Source: Bradymonadia bacterium (GTDB taxonomy: Bacteria > Myxococcota_A > Bradymonadia > UBA7976 > UBA1532). Taken from it: a stretch of 64,000 bases of DNA. The position numbers were made by a program, and so were the translations under genes. Of the stretch, positions 47,254-57,612 are shown in pieces (the first letter of the stretch is position 1; every line of letters begins with the position of its first letter). The DNA lies in the NCBI GenBank assembly GCA_046290225.1, contig JBKAGE010000036.1, forward strand, positions 352,001 to 416,000, in the 5' to 3' direction. The notes beneath the pieces were generated by a model. That model did not search any database. It was given only the letters and a program-made list of their open reading frames with translations, and was not told the DNA's origin.

Positions 47254-48690
47254 TCAGCCCACCTCTTCCGGCCGCACATCATTGAGAATCACGCCCAACA
47301 AGCGCTCTCGACCGATTCGCTCGAGCGCACGCTCCACATCCCGCAAGTCAGTGAACTCTGCCCGCAAGACGAAGAGCATGCCGTCGACCTTGTCGTAGAT
47401 CACCAGAGCGTCGTCCTGCCCGAGCAACGGGGGGGCGTCGATGATGATGAGATCGAAGAGCTGCTGCAGATGATCAAGCATCACGTCGAACTGAGGTGAA
47501 TTGAGCACCTGCAGGCTGATGTCGCTGCCGTGGCCAGCATGAAGGAAATAGAGGTTTCGATGTTCGAGCTTGCGCAGAGCCCGCTCGAGGGGCACATCTC
47601 CGCCGAGCACCTCCAAGATCCCCGGAGAGTTGCTCGGCATGCCCAGTCGACGGGCCACCGAGGGCTTCCTCAGGTGTAAATCAACGACCGCGATTTTGAG
47701 CCAGGGGTTCTCGCTCATCACCACCGCGAGGTTCATCGCGGTGGTGGTCCGGCCTTCTTGTGAACAGGTGCTCGTCACCGCGATGGTGCGATAGTTCAGA
47801 CGATCGACGGCCTGCTCGAGGTTGCGCTTCAAAATGCGGAACTGAGTCAGGAAGGGGCCATCGGGCTCAGCGAGGGCCACCACCCGCTCGGCCACCTGGT
47901 GCACCGGCAACTCCATGATGGAGCCGTGCGTCTGCCCCACAGGGACGATCTCGTGCACGGTCTCGTTGACCATGTCTTCGTCACGTGTGCTGACCATGGG
48001 CCCCCGCTCGTCTCTGGTGACGAGTGGAGGGAGCTCGGAGCGCATCGACTCGATGAACGGCAGCGTGGCCTTCTCATCATCTTGCTCGGGTGTCACCACC
48101 ACAGGTTGATCCGATGACACCACCACAGGCTGGTGGGGCATATGGGGGACCGGGGTCCCCTGTGGATCGGGTTGCATCCTGACCTCTCCCTCTGGCGTCA
48201 AGCTCGTCAACATGTCGGTCCGGGGCACTCTCGGCCCTGGGCCCTGTCTCGGGATCGGCGTGATGATCACATCATCCACCGTCACTGGGTTGAATGGCTC
48301 CAGCGCCTCGACTCGCTCGTCTTCTGGCACCTCGAACATGTCGCCATTGAGTGCCCTGATCGCCTGAGGGTTCGAGAGGTCTCCATCTACAGTGGAGGCC
48401 ACAGGATCCACAGAGTCGTCCGCAGGGGGTGATCCGTCGACATCGAGCAAGGTGATCATATCGCGTACGGGATCGGGACCGCTTTCAGGTACAGGTCTGC
48501 CCTGACCCTGCTCGGCCTGAGTCCTCGACGCTGACTGGCTCTGCTCAACACCCGCAGTGGACCCCTCGGAGGTCGCGCCTGGGGGCGGAGCATCTTTCTC
48601 CCTCATCCAGTCTCTCCAGCGAGCCGCAGGGTGCTCGCGTGTTGCAGCATGGCGTGCTTCCGGTGACAGAGCCCGAATACACGCCATCAA
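47254..48690 (-). CDS. CpsD/CapB (BY-kinase-like) P-loop protein with long disordered N-terminus
   Basis: VTSTCSQEGRTTTAMNLA, VDLHLRKP, IIIDAPPLL, LLGVILND. Start uncertain. Confidence 0.8.
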   Translation of the reverse strand: MMACIRALSPEARHAATREHPAARWRDWMREKDAPPPGATSEGSTAGVEQSQSASRTQAEQGQGRPVPESGPDPVRDMITLLDVDGSPPADDSVDPVASTVDGDLSNPQAIRALNGDMFEVPEDERVEALEPFNPVTVDDVIITPIPRQGPGPRVPRTDMLTSLTPEGEVRMQPDPQGTPVPHMPHQPVVVSSDQPVVVTPEQDDEKATLPFIESMRSELPPLVTRDERGPMVSTRDEDMVNETVHEIVPVGQTHGSIMELPVHQVAERVVALAEPDGPFLTQFRILKRNLEQAVDRLNYRTIAVTSTCSQEGRTTTAMNLAVVMSENPWLKIAVVDLHLRKPSVARRLGMPSNSPGILEVLGGDVPLERALRKLEHRNLYFLHAGHGSDISLQVLNSPQFDVMLDHLQQLFDLIIIDAPPLLGQDDALVIYDKVDGMLFVLRAEFTDLRDVERALERIGRERLLGVILNDVRPEEVG

Positions 48691-48885
48691 AAAGTCGCTG
48701 CCCAGAGATGCCTCGCGTACACGATTTGTCTCTGCTCACCTCGCTGGCGGCGAGATTGGTGGGATGAGGGTCGTTCGTCAAGGAGGATACCCCGCGCTTG
48801 ACACCTACATGGTAGCCATTACACTTACATAGACATCGTGACGAATTTTCTGTCACGGTCTTCTGACTGTTCGCGAGGGAAGCCC

Positions 48886-49656
48886 ATGAGCGACTCCAAC
48901 ACCGCAGTTCATCACGTGCCATTCTCACGGCTCACCCTCTTCGGTGTGCTGTGCACCTTCGGCGCACTGGCATCGCCAGTTTCCGCGGCACCTGCACTGT
49001 GTATCGAAGGATTCGACACAAATGCCCCCCACCTTGAGCAGCGGCAGCAGGTGGTCTCTCACGATGTCGCCCCCGAAGGTCTGACCCTCAGCGAAGGTTG
49101 GACCCCCCAGTGGCAGTCGGTGAGTGCCCTGTGTGGCATTTCGTGGGCTGACACCTGCACCCCCCGTGAGCAGTTGATCACGGCCATCACCGATGTGTCG
49201 TCTTCTGATCCCACAGAGAAGGTGAGCGGCCGGCCCGGGGTGTTCACCTCTGATCGCATCCTGGTGGACGACGATGGCTTCATCGTCGACCTCAACGCCG
49301 CCCACGGGGCCCGAACCTACACCTTCACGATCACCGCCCTCGACGCCTCGGGCAACCGCGCTGAAACGACGTGTGATGTACACCTCGAGTCCCTCGTGCT
49401 CCACAGCGCCACGCCCACAGCTGGGGGGCTGCAGGTGGTGTACTCGAAGTCTTTCGATGCCTGTGTGACGGTCGAGCATGGGATGTCCGGGCCACGAGGC
49501 CCGGCGTTGTGCGCATCGGGCGAGCGCGTCACCGCTCTGGTGTCTCTGCCTGGCGAAGGTGCAGTGAAGCTCTGTCATCAAGGCGATCGGCGCGCCTGCT
49601 CGGCGGAGGTCCCTCGCGCCCCCACCATGGCCCTGGCTCTGCCCCGCCAGCCCTGA
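48886..49656 (+). CDS. Secreted hypothetical protein (HYR/Ig-like segment)
   Basis: Signal peptide ending VSA; YTFTITALDASGN..TTC motif. Confidence 0.65.
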   Translation: MSDSNTAVHHVPFSRLTLFGVLCTFGALASPVSAAPALCIEGFDTNAPHLEQRQQVVSHDVAPEGLTLSEGWTPQWQSVSALCGISWADTCTPREQLITAITDVSSSDPTEKVSGRPGVFTSDRILVDDDGFIVDLNAAHGARTYTFTITALDASGNRAETTCDVHLESLVLHSATPTAGGLQVVYSKSFDACVTVEHGMSGPRGPALCASGERVTALVSLPGEGAVKLCHQGDRRACSAEVPRAPTMALALPRQP

Positions 49657-49689
49657 GGCCTGCTCAACGGCCGCGTTCCATTCCAACGC

Positions 49690-51174
49690 TCAATCTCGAT
49701 GCAGCCAGAGCAGCCCGGCCCCCGTGTCGAGATCTCCGCCGTCACCCACCCACTCCTGCCAACGCTCGTCGCTGGGGAATGCCAGCTCGGCATTCATGTA
49801 GGTCACGTAGGCTGAGGTTCGGCCGTTGTTGAGCAGATAGCCTGATCGGAAGCGGGTGATGTACCGCTTGTAGACATTGAAGTACTCCACCGGCCCTGCG
49901 AGCCCACGGCCTGCGGAGTCGAAGGTCATGTAGTACGAGTCGTTGCCCCAGGCGTGATGCACCATGATCTCGTCGCCCCCGCCATTGGCGATGGTTTCGA
50001 GTTCGTGATCCACCTGAACGAAAATCACCGGATCACCATCCATGGGCAGCCGCCAGAGCTTGTGACGACCCGCCCGGCCCGCGATGACGTGGCCCTCGTC
50101 ATCGAGGGCGAAGCCCACGCTCACCTTGCGGTTGTTGAAGTCGGACCCATCTTCGGGCAGTTGCAGAGAGCCGAGATATTCGCCCTCGAGGTTCCACTGC
50201 GGAATCATCCCATAGGCGACGTTGTCCCCGAGCAGCACTCCACGGTTGGCGTCCCAGATCAGATGGAACGGACCATAGTTGTACATGTTGTCGTAGAGGG
50301 GGTTGCCCTCGAAGTCGGTCATGGTGAAGTCCGTGAGGCGCCGACCATCTGGCCCCAACCGGATGACCTCGGCAGGCTGCTCGTTGCTGCCCCGACCGCT
50401 CACCACGAACCCGCCCCCCTGTGATTCGGGGAGGGCGATGATGTCGTGCACACCGTTCTCGGTCCCCTGGGCAAAGCGCCCGAGCCGACGCCCGTCGCTG
50501 CCATAGGCGAGGATGGCGCCAGTGCGCCCGTCACCGATGAGGACGTCGCCCCAAACGGGTATCTGAACCTCGACCCGGCCCGCACACGTGCCATCAGGGC
50601 GCAGGCCTTCCACCTGCACGGTGACCGGGCCCGTCCACCAGGGCCACTGCAGATCGCTGCCTGGGGTGTACCGAACGGTGTCACCTACAGACGTGAGGGT
50701 GCCGCCCTCCACCGCTTCGGCGACGAGCTCGAGGGTCTCGACGCCGTCAGCGCTCAGGGTGATGACCTGCCCACGATCGATGGGGCCCTCTGCATCGAGA
50801 CGTACCTGAAATTCAGCAACCTCCGGGCAATCCACGAGGCCACCACCAACGCCGCCCATGCCACCACCACCGGCCTCGCCTCCAGCACCGGCGACACCGC
50901 CGCCCATACCCCCAGCGCCACCGCCAGCGCCTCCTCCCCCACCATCACCGGCGCCTCCGCCAGCGCCACCGGCGACGCCTCCACCAGCGCCACCAGCGAT
51001 GCCGCCTCCAGCGCCTCCGCCACCACCGGCGACCGAAGCATCTGCAGCGCCTGCGGCGCCTCCGGAGCCAGCATCTGGGGCATCTCCAGCATCACTGACT
51101 TCCTGGCAACCCAGGAGGGCAGCCAGCGCACTCGTCATCATCAAAGGCGTGAAGGAGAGAGATCGAATCTTCAT
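49690..51174 (-). CDS. Lipoprotein with Gly-rich linker and probable beta-propeller
   Basis: Lipobox LLGC, GGAGG repeats, blade-like repeats (YGSDGRRLGRF, LGPDGRRL, WNLEGEYLG, FDSAGRGL). Confidence 0.72.
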   Translation of the reverse strand: MKIRSLSFTPLMMTSALAALLGCQEVSDAGDAPDAGSGGAAGAADASVAGGGGGAGGGIAGGAGGGVAGGAGGGAGDGGGGGAGGGAGGMGGGVAGAGGEAGGGGMGGVGGGLVDCPEVAEFQVRLDAEGPIDRGQVITLSADGVETLELVAEAVEGGTLTSVGDTVRYTPGSDLQWPWWTGPVTVQVEGLRPDGTCAGRVEVQIPVWGDVLIGDGRTGAILAYGSDGRRLGRFAQGTENGVHDIIALPESQGGGFVVSGRGSNEQPAEVIRLGPDGRRLTDFTMTDFEGNPLYDNMYNYGPFHLIWDANRGVLLGDNVAYGMIPQWNLEGEYLGSLQLPEDGSDFNNRKVSVGFALDDEGHVIAGRAGRHKLWRLPMDGDPVIFVQVDHELETIANGGGDEIMVHHAWGNDSYYMTFDSAGRGLAGPVEYFNVYKRYITRFRSGYLLNNGRTSAYVTYMNAELAFPSDERWQEWVGDGGDLDTGAGLLWLHRD

Positions 51175-51232
51175 GGGGCACCTCGGCGTTCTGGAGGCAC
51201 CTTAGCGGCTGATCTCGCCGCCGCAACTCCGC

Positions 51233-54200
51233 TCAGCGCCCTCCGATGATCAGGACATTGATCGCGGTCACTTGATCAGGGCGCTCGAGACGAGCCCATT
51301 GCGCCCGGGAAAGCTCCAGGGCCCGCAGTCCTCGAACTCGATCTCCACGCTCCAGTGCCTTGGCCCCGGCGATCAACGCCATTCGGGCGGCATCGACATC
51401 GGCGAGTGCTGTGGCCTCAAGCGCAGCCTCGGCGATGGTGAGGTGGGCGTCGAAAATCTCGGGGGCGTCGAGCAAACACGGCAGGAGGCAGATGCGCAGG
51501 GCCGCAGTGTACTGGGCTCGCCCCTGGGCGCTGAACGCCTCGAGGGCGGCCTCGAGCAGCGGCCGGGCTTCGGCGTACGCCGCGCGCTCGATGAGGGCCA
51601 GAGCGAGGTTGGCCTGAGGGAACACGGCGTTTCCGGAGCCCACCTCCTCGTAGCGTGTCCAGGCGAGCCGGTAGCACGCCTCGGCCTCGTCCATCTGCCC
51701 CATCAACCGCGCCAGCTCTCCCCGCTGATTGAGGCAGGCCGCTTGCCCCGCCCTGAAACCCGCGAGGGCGAACTGATGCTCTGCAGACTGAAGCCACTGC
51801 GCGGCAGCCTGATAGTTGTTGCCCCGCTTCTCCACTCGGCTCAGCCCCACCATGCACCGACCGACGGCCTGGATGTCTTCGCCGCGCTGCCCGCCTTGCA
51901 ACGCTGCGCTGAACTTCACCGCGGCCTCTTCGGTCCGACCCTGGCCGAGGAGCACCCAGGCGAGCTCTTCGAGACACTTGGGTGATTTTGTCCCGTGGGC
52001 CAGGGCCGCTTCGAGCCAGCGCTCGGCACCCGGCAGATCGCCTCGATCTTTTGCCAGAGAGCCAAGCGTCAGCAGCAGATCCACGCGCCGAGCAGACCAG
52101 GCAGGATCGTCGAGCCACGCTTCGATGGACTTCGCCCACACTTCGGCCTCATCGAGCCGGCCGAGCATGCGCAGCCAGTCGCAGCGCAGCGCCCACCCCT
52201 CGGCGAAGCGAGGATCCCCCTCGCCCAGAGCGGCACGTTGGGCGCCGAGGAACCATCCGTCGATGAGGCGCTCAGCCTCTCGGTAGGCGCTGACGCTCAG
52301 GTGGGCCCGGGCCCCTTCGGCCAGGGGCGTCAGCGCTGGGCGCCAACGGCCTGCGGCGAGCAGGTGCAGCCCCTGACGACCCCGAAAGTGCCGCCCGGTG
52401 AGGGGCGCGAGCATCTGGGCACAGGCGGCATGTAGGGCAGGCAGCCGCCCTCGTCTGCGGGCGCGGGCTTCGAGGCTCTCTCGCAACATTCCGTGCACAA
52501 AAGCCCACCCTTCTCCCTCTTCAGGCTGGGCTAGGCCCTCTTCGACGAGTGTCTCCACCAAATCAGCGCTCGGGTGCACTTCGAGGTGGGCCAGAGCAGA
52601 AGACCACTCTCCAGGCTCTACGATGCGACCGAGTACTGCCGCCAGCTCCAGCGCCTCGCCATCTGCAGTGGCCCGCCCCTCGAGCAGCCGGTTGATGCGG
52701 GTTGCCCAGACCTCCTGCACGTCGGAGGGCAGCGCGATGTCGGCGCCCTGGCGCAGGGCGTAGCCGTCGGGGCCCGGGACGAGGAGCCCTCGGCGGACCC
52801 AGTCGCCGATCAGCTGCACTGCGAAGAGCGGGTTGCCCTCAGTGCGCTCGTCGAGGGCATCGATGAGCTGGCCTTCGAGGCCCAGCAATGCCGTGAGCAG
52901 CGCCGACCGCGCGTGAGACTCGAGGGCCCCCACGGAGATGGTGCGAGACATGGTGCGCTCGGCGAGGGTGCGGATCATTTCCGCAGCCCGTGGGCGATCG
53001 TGCAGAGCATCGGTCCGCGCTGTGGCCACCACCAGCACAGGGCATCGCCCCTCGGCGCGATGTTGCCAACGATTGAGCAAGTGCTCGATCCACCCCAGTG
53101 CGTCGACACCCCACTGCACATCGTCGAGCCAGACCACCACCGGGCGCTGAGCGGCCATGGCTTCGACCCAACGCTCGAGGGCCGCCCACCCTTCTTGTGG
53201 GCTCGCGAGCCGTACGCCTTGTGCAGCCGCTTCACCCGGCAGCATCAGCGCCCCCACTGAGAGCCACTGCCGGGGCTCGACGAGGCCAAGGGCCCGGCTG
53301 CAGGCCTCCAGGCGGGAGAAAGCTTCCAGAGGCGCCAGGCCTTGGAGTCTGGCGTACCGGGCCACCATGGCCCCCAGGCCATGACGACGACCTCTCAAGG
53401 GACCGTGAGAGGCCTTGAGCGTCGTCGCCGCGCCACAGTGATGGCTCGCCTCACACAACCACTCTGCGAGTCGGCTCTTGCCATAGCCCGAAGCCCCTTC
53501 GAGGAGCACCAGCCGCGGCCGCCCTTCTTCGGCCACCTGCTTCAGGGTGGACCACAACGCGTCTCGCTCCTCGGCCCTGCCGATGACCGGCAACGCCCGG
53601 AATGGGTACAACGCCATCCCCACCCCTCTCGGGGTAATGGAGGGCGCCTCGATCATCAACGATCGCCAGTCCGACGGCATCGGGGGCCTCGGCATCGGGG
53701 GCCCCGACATCGGGCGGTGCTCTCCCACCTCTGGAGGCAGGGTTTCGGCCACGAGGTGCGAAACGCGTGTGCGCTCAACCTCGGTGTCGCCCCCTGAGAT
53801 GGGGATATCCACTGTGGGTGCCGTGGCCAGCACACCAGGGGTGAGATCGGGGGCGCTCTCGAAGGCGCCCACGGGTACGAGAGCGTCGCCAAGCACGTTG
53901 AGGGCAAAGGCGGCGTCGGCCGCTCGGCGAAAACGGCCGTGCAGGCTGCGACACATCATCTGCCGCACCCAAAGCTCGAGACCCTCGGGGACTGGTCTCA
54001 CCGGGTGCCAGGGGGGCAAGGGATCGGTGAGATGTGCCACCATGACGTCCACTGGCGTCTGCCCGGTGAACGGCGGCCGACCACACACCAGCTCGTAGGC
54101 CATGCAGCCCAGGGCGTAGAGATCAGTCCATGGGCCAAAATCCCTCACCTGCCCTTGAATCTGCTCTGGCGCCATGTAGGCCGGGGTACCCTGAACCGTG

Positions 54201-54736
54201 CCTGTGGAGAGGCGATCGCTCACCTCGTCTTCGATGGCCTGGGCCAGCCCGAAGTCGGTGAGCTTGATCGTCTGTACGCTGCCCCCCCACAGCACGTTCT
54301 CCGGCTTGAGATCGCGATGGATCAATCCTCGGGCGTGGGCGTGAGCGAGGGCATCGAGCAGGCTGAGGAGCAGCCCCTTGATCTCTGGCCAGCCTGCCTG
54401 GGCCATGTGGCCTCTGATGGGGCCACCCTCCACCCACTCCATCACCAGGAACGGGCGCCCACCCTGGAGTGGCCCCACGCCTCGGTGAGGCAGACGACCA
54501 TAGTCGTAAATCTGCACCACGCCCGGGTGGCCGAGACCTGCCATGGCCCGGACCTCGCCCTGAAAGTCTCTCATGAAGCGCTGGTGCCCGACCCGGGGCA
54601 GGTTGAGCACTTTCACTGCCACTGGAAGCTGTTGCGGGCCATGGTGGCCGCGCCAGACCTCACCCATGCCCCCTTCACCGATGCGGTGGTGCAGTTCGAA
54701 TGGGCCCAGGCTCAGGGTGGTGAAGGTGTCAGACAT
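51233..54736 (-). CDS. Ser/Thr protein kinase with AAA (STAND-like) ATPase and TPR domains
   Basis: IGEGGMGEV, VAVK, HRDLKPEN, DFG, GTPAYMAPE; Walker A GASGYGKS; WLDDVQW; TEGNPLF; C-terminal TPR-like helices. Confidence 0.92.
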   Translation of the reverse strand: MSDTFTTLSLGPFELHHRIGEGGMGEVWRGHHGPQQLPVAVKVLNLPRVGHQRFMRDFQGEVRAMAGLGHPGVVQIYDYGRLPHRGVGPLQGGRPFLVMEWVEGGPIRGHMAQAGWPEIKGLLLSLLDALAHAHARGLIHRDLKPENVLWGGSVQTIKLTDFGLAQAIEDEVSDRLSTGTVQGTPAYMAPEQIQGQVRDFGPWTDLYALGCMAYELVCGRPPFTGQTPVDVMVAHLTDPLPPWHPVRPVPEGLELWVRQMMCRSLHGRFRRAADAAFALNVLGDALVPVGAFESAPDLTPGVLATAPTVDIPISGGDTEVERTRVSHLVAETLPPEVGEHRPMSGPPMPRPPMPSDWRSLMIEAPSITPRGVGMALYPFRALPVIGRAEERDALWSTLKQVAEEGRPRLVLLEGASGYGKSRLAEWLCEASHHCGAATTLKASHGPLRGRRHGLGAMVARYARLQGLAPLEAFSRLEACSRALGLVEPRQWLSVGALMLPGEAAAQGVRLASPQEGWAALERWVEAMAAQRPVVVWLDDVQWGVDALGWIEHLLNRWQHRAEGRCPVLVVATARTDALHDRPRAAEMIRTLAERTMSRTISVGALESHARSALLTALLGLEGQLIDALDERTEGNPLFAVQLIGDWVRRGLLVPGPDGYALRQGADIALPSDVQEVWATRINRLLEGRATADGEALELAAVLGRIVEPGEWSSALAHLEVHPSADLVETLVEEGLAQPEEGEGWAFVHGMLRESLEARARRRGRLPALHAACAQMLAPLTGRHFRGRQGLHLLAAGRWRPALTPLAEGARAHLSVSAYREAERLIDGWFLGAQRAALGEGDPRFAEGWALRCDWLRMLGRLDEAEVWAKSIEAWLDDPAWSARRVDLLLTLGSLAKDRGDLPGAERWLEAALAHGTKSPKCLEELAWVLLGQGRTEEAAVKFSAALQGGQRGEDIQAVGRCMVGLSRVEKRGNNYQAAAQWLQSAEHQFALAGFRAGQAACLNQRGELARLMGQMDEAEACYRLAWTRYEEVGSGNAVFPQANLALALIERAAYAEARPLLEAALEAFSAQGRAQYTAALRICLLPCLLDAPEIFDAHLTIAEAALEATALADVDAARMALIAGAKALERGDRVRGLRALELSRAQWARLERPDQVTAINVLIIGGR

Positions 54737-54794
54737 CCAACCGAGAATAGCAGCAGTTTAGAGTGCAGCGCCTTGATTCACGCGCTGCAGGCCT

Positions 54795-56681
54795 TCAGGA
54801 AGCGCCCTCTTCGAGATCAGCGAGGGCGTTGTCTTCTGGTGACTCACCGTGCAAGTCGTGCTCGAGGACCGCCTCAGCGGCGGGCATCCGGAACCAGAAG
54901 ATGCTGCCCTCGGGATGACCGGGCTCCACCCCCACCCGGCCCTTCATGGCCTCGACGAGGTTCTTCACGATGGACAACCCCAGACCGGTGCCGCCCATTT
55001 CACGGGATCGTCCTTTGTCGACTCGATAGAACCGCTCGAAGACCCGCGTGCGATACTTGGCCTCGATGCCAGGGCCGTTGTCTCTCACGTCGACGCGCAC
55101 CGAATCACCTTCATGGTGGGCCGTAGCGGTGATGTGACCCCCGTCGGGGGTGTACTTGATGGCGTTCTCCAGCAAATTGACCAGCACCTGCTCCAGAGCT
55201 TTGGGATCAGCCATGATGAGCAGGTCGTCGCTGATGTCGACCTCGACGGTGTGGTTTTTGGCCATGGCCTTCGGCTCCACCGAAGCCACCGCCACCAGCA
55301 CCGACTCCTGCAACATCAGCTCGGTGAGATCGAGCCGATAGCGCCCAGCCTCGATGCGAGAGATGTCGAGGAGATCGTTGATCAGCTGCGACAAACGCTC
55401 GGCATTGCGCAGGCTGGCCTCAAGGAAGCGCCGGGCGAGATCCGGCCGCTCCAACGCGCCGTCGAGCAGCGTCTCGGCGTTGGCCCGGATGACGCTGATG
55501 GGGGTACGCAGCTCATGAGAGACGTTGGCCACGAAGTCACGGCGCACGCGCTCCAGATGCCTCAGGGCTGTGACGTCCTGCATCAGGACCACGGTGCCAT
55601 GGCCACCGGGCTGTCGAGTGGCCCGGGCCAGCACCCGCCGACGCGGGGTCACGGGCAGTTCGAATTCAGCGGTCAGGGTGCCGGCGCCGAGCTCGGCGCT
55701 GTCGAAGTCCCCGCCTGTGTGAGGGCTCTGCTCTGCCTCGGCCACCAGCGCCCTCAGCTCGGACACATCGGTGATCTGCTCGAGTGTGCGACCTGTGGGA
55801 TCAATGGTGAAGCCCAGCAATGCTCGGGCAGCAGGGTTCACGAGACTCACCCGCCGCTGCCCGTCGAGGGCCATCACCGCGCCATCCATCGCTTCGAGCA
55901 CAGTGCCGATGCGATCGCGCTCTGCCGTGAGGGCGATCATCTTCGCCTCCACCCGGGCGAGCAGCTGGTTGAAGGCGTCTGCGAGCACGCCCACCTCGCC
56001 CTCACCGTGTACGGTGACGCGATCGGCCTCTCCCCCTCGAATGACTTCCTCGACGTTCTGAGTGAGGGCCCGCAGCGGCCGTGAAGCCAGGTGAGAGGCC
56101 AGTGCACTCATGAAGACCGCCACCACCGTGGAGCCCAGGCCGATCAGCAAGAGCAGCCACCGCAGCTCGGTCACAGCCTCGGCGATCTCTTCCAGGGGCC
56201 TCGCCACCCGCACCACGCTCTTACGGCCGCCGAGCTCGATGGGCGTGGCCACGTACAGCATCTCCTGGCCGAGGGTGACGCTCACACGCTCCGAGACCCC
56301 GAGGCCATTGGCGAAGGCTTGCTGAACCTCTGATCGCCCGCCGTGGTTCTCCATCTCGGCCACCCGGCTCTGGGAGAGCGCCGAGTCCGCGAGCACGCGG
56401 CCGTCGGCATCGATGAGGGTGAGCCTCGCGTCCACAGCAGCCTGCAGACGCTTCACGATGCGCTGCGCCTGCTCTGGTGAGAGCCCGGCGCCCGCGTTGC
56501 CTTTGTCGATGATCTCGATGAGGCCCTGAGCGGCCTTCACGTGATGTACCGACTCCTGCTCGATGCGGGCCTTGAGAGAGGCCGAGAGGCGGTATTCGAG
56601 GTAGATGCCGGTGGCGGTGCCGATGCTCAGGATGAGGGCCAGCGACAACCAGAACAGTTTGCCGCGGATGCCAGAAGACAA
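54795..56681 (-). CDS. phoR: PhoR-like sensor histidine kinase (HAMP, PAS, HisKA, HATPase)
   Basis: RRDFVANVSHELRTP, NLLENAIKYT, FERFYRVDKGRSREMGGTGLGLSIVK, ENHGGRSEV periplasmic motif. Confidence 0.88.
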   Translation of the reverse strand: MSSGIRGKLFWLSLALILSIGTATGIYLEYRLSASLKARIEQESVHHVKAAQGLIEIIDKGNAGAGLSPEQAQRIVKRLQAAVDARLTLIDADGRVLADSALSQSRVAEMENHGGRSEVQQAFANGLGVSERVSVTLGQEMLYVATPIELGGRKSVVRVARPLEEIAEAVTELRWLLLLIGLGSTVVAVFMSALASHLASRPLRALTQNVEEVIRGGEADRVTVHGEGEVGVLADAFNQLLARVEAKMIALTAERDRIGTVLEAMDGAVMALDGQRRVSLVNPAARALLGFTIDPTGRTLEQITDVSELRALVAEAEQSPHTGGDFDSAELGAGTLTAEFELPVTPRRRVLARATRQPGGHGTVVLMQDVTALRHLERVRRDFVANVSHELRTPISVIRANAETLLDGALERPDLARRFLEASLRNAERLSQLINDLLDISRIEAGRYRLDLTELMLQESVLVAVASVEPKAMAKNHTVEVDISDDLLIMADPKALEQVLVNLLENAIKYTPDGGHITATAHHEGDSVRVDVRDNGPGIEAKYRTRVFERFYRVDKGRSREMGGTGLGLSIVKNLVEAMKGRVGVEPGHPEGSIFWFRMPAAEAVLEHDLHGESPEDNALADLEEGAS

Positions 56682-56684
56682 TGC

Positions 56685-57380
56685 TCAGTCCTCTTCGCCA
56701 TCTGTGAAGCGATAGCCCACCCCACGGATGGTCTGGATGAACCGCCCGGCGGCGCCGATCTTCTGTCGCAGGCGCTTGACGTGGGTATCGACTGTTCTGG
56801 TGGTGACCTCGGCGCGGATGCCCCACACATCGTCGAGCAGGCGCTCTCGGGTCTGCACCCGACCCTTGCGCTGCAAGAATGTGTGCAACAACCTGAACTC
56901 CAGGGCGGTGAGGCTCACCTCTTCTCCAGAGATCCACACACGGTGCGCCTCCGGGTCGACCCGGAGCTCGCCATTGGTGAGGACCGCTCCGCCTTTCTCA
57001 GAGGTCTTCAAGCGACGCAGGACCGCCTGAATGCGCAAGAGCAGCTCTCTCACGCTGAAGGGCTTGGTCACATAGTCGTCTGCCCCCACCTCGAAGCCCA
57101 CAACGCGGTCGATCTCCTCACTCTTGGCGGTGAGCATGATCACGGGCACGCCTCGAGTGCGCTCTTCTTGTCTGATCTGTCGACACACTTCGGTGCCAGC
57201 GAGATCGGGCAGCATGAGATCGAGCAGCACCAGCTCTGGAAGAGGATCGATGTTCAGCCGGGCAAGCCCGGCAGCCCCGGTGGGGGCATGGAAGGTGTCG
57301 TAGCCCTCACGCTGGAGGTTGTATTCCAGCGTAGAGGCCAGATCAGGTTCGTCTTCGATGATCAGGATGAGCGCTGACAT
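56685..57380 (-). CDS. phoB: PhoB/PhoP-like OmpR-family response regulator
   Basis: LLDLMLP, MLTAKSEEIDRVVGFEVGADDYVTKPFS, RTVDTHVKRLRQK, TIRGVGY. Confidence 0.85.
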   Translation of the reverse strand: MSALILIIEDEPDLASTLEYNLQREGYDTFHAPTGAAGLARLNIDPLPELVLLDLMLPDLAGTEVCRQIRQEERTRGVPVIMLTAKSEEIDRVVGFEVGADDYVTKPFSVRELLLRIQAVLRRLKTSEKGGAVLTNGELRVDPEAHRVWISGEEVSLTALEFRLLHTFLQRKGRVQTRERLLDDVWGIRAEVTTRTVDTHVKRLRQKIGAAGRFIQTIRGVGYRFTDGEED

Positions 57381-57612
57381 ACGTAAGGTGCTCAAGCCCT
57401 TCAGTGGTCCATAGCCGAGCGATCAAATATCATGTCGATGAAGCCAAAGCGACCGTAAATCCTCCTCATAGTCAGGCGTGATGATGCATACATCTCACCC
57501 TCCAGGCTCAAGGCACGGAGCTGAAAGACCGACTGAGCAGTCAGGGCGAGTGGCGATGACCACATGAGGCCCCCGGCCCTGGTGCCGGTGTTGAGGTAGG
57601 GAGCAAGCGACA

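Noticed and set aside
48837..48857. CGTGAC-N9-GTCACG as a Pho box or CRP site
   Set aside because: Inverted rather than 11-bp direct repeats, and the spacing does not fit CRP. Six-bp arms are too weak to call.
50840..51070. GGC/GCC-rich repeats (also 9060-9150 and 32180-32320)
   Set aside because: Ordinary Gly-rich linkers of lipoproteins and surface proteins.
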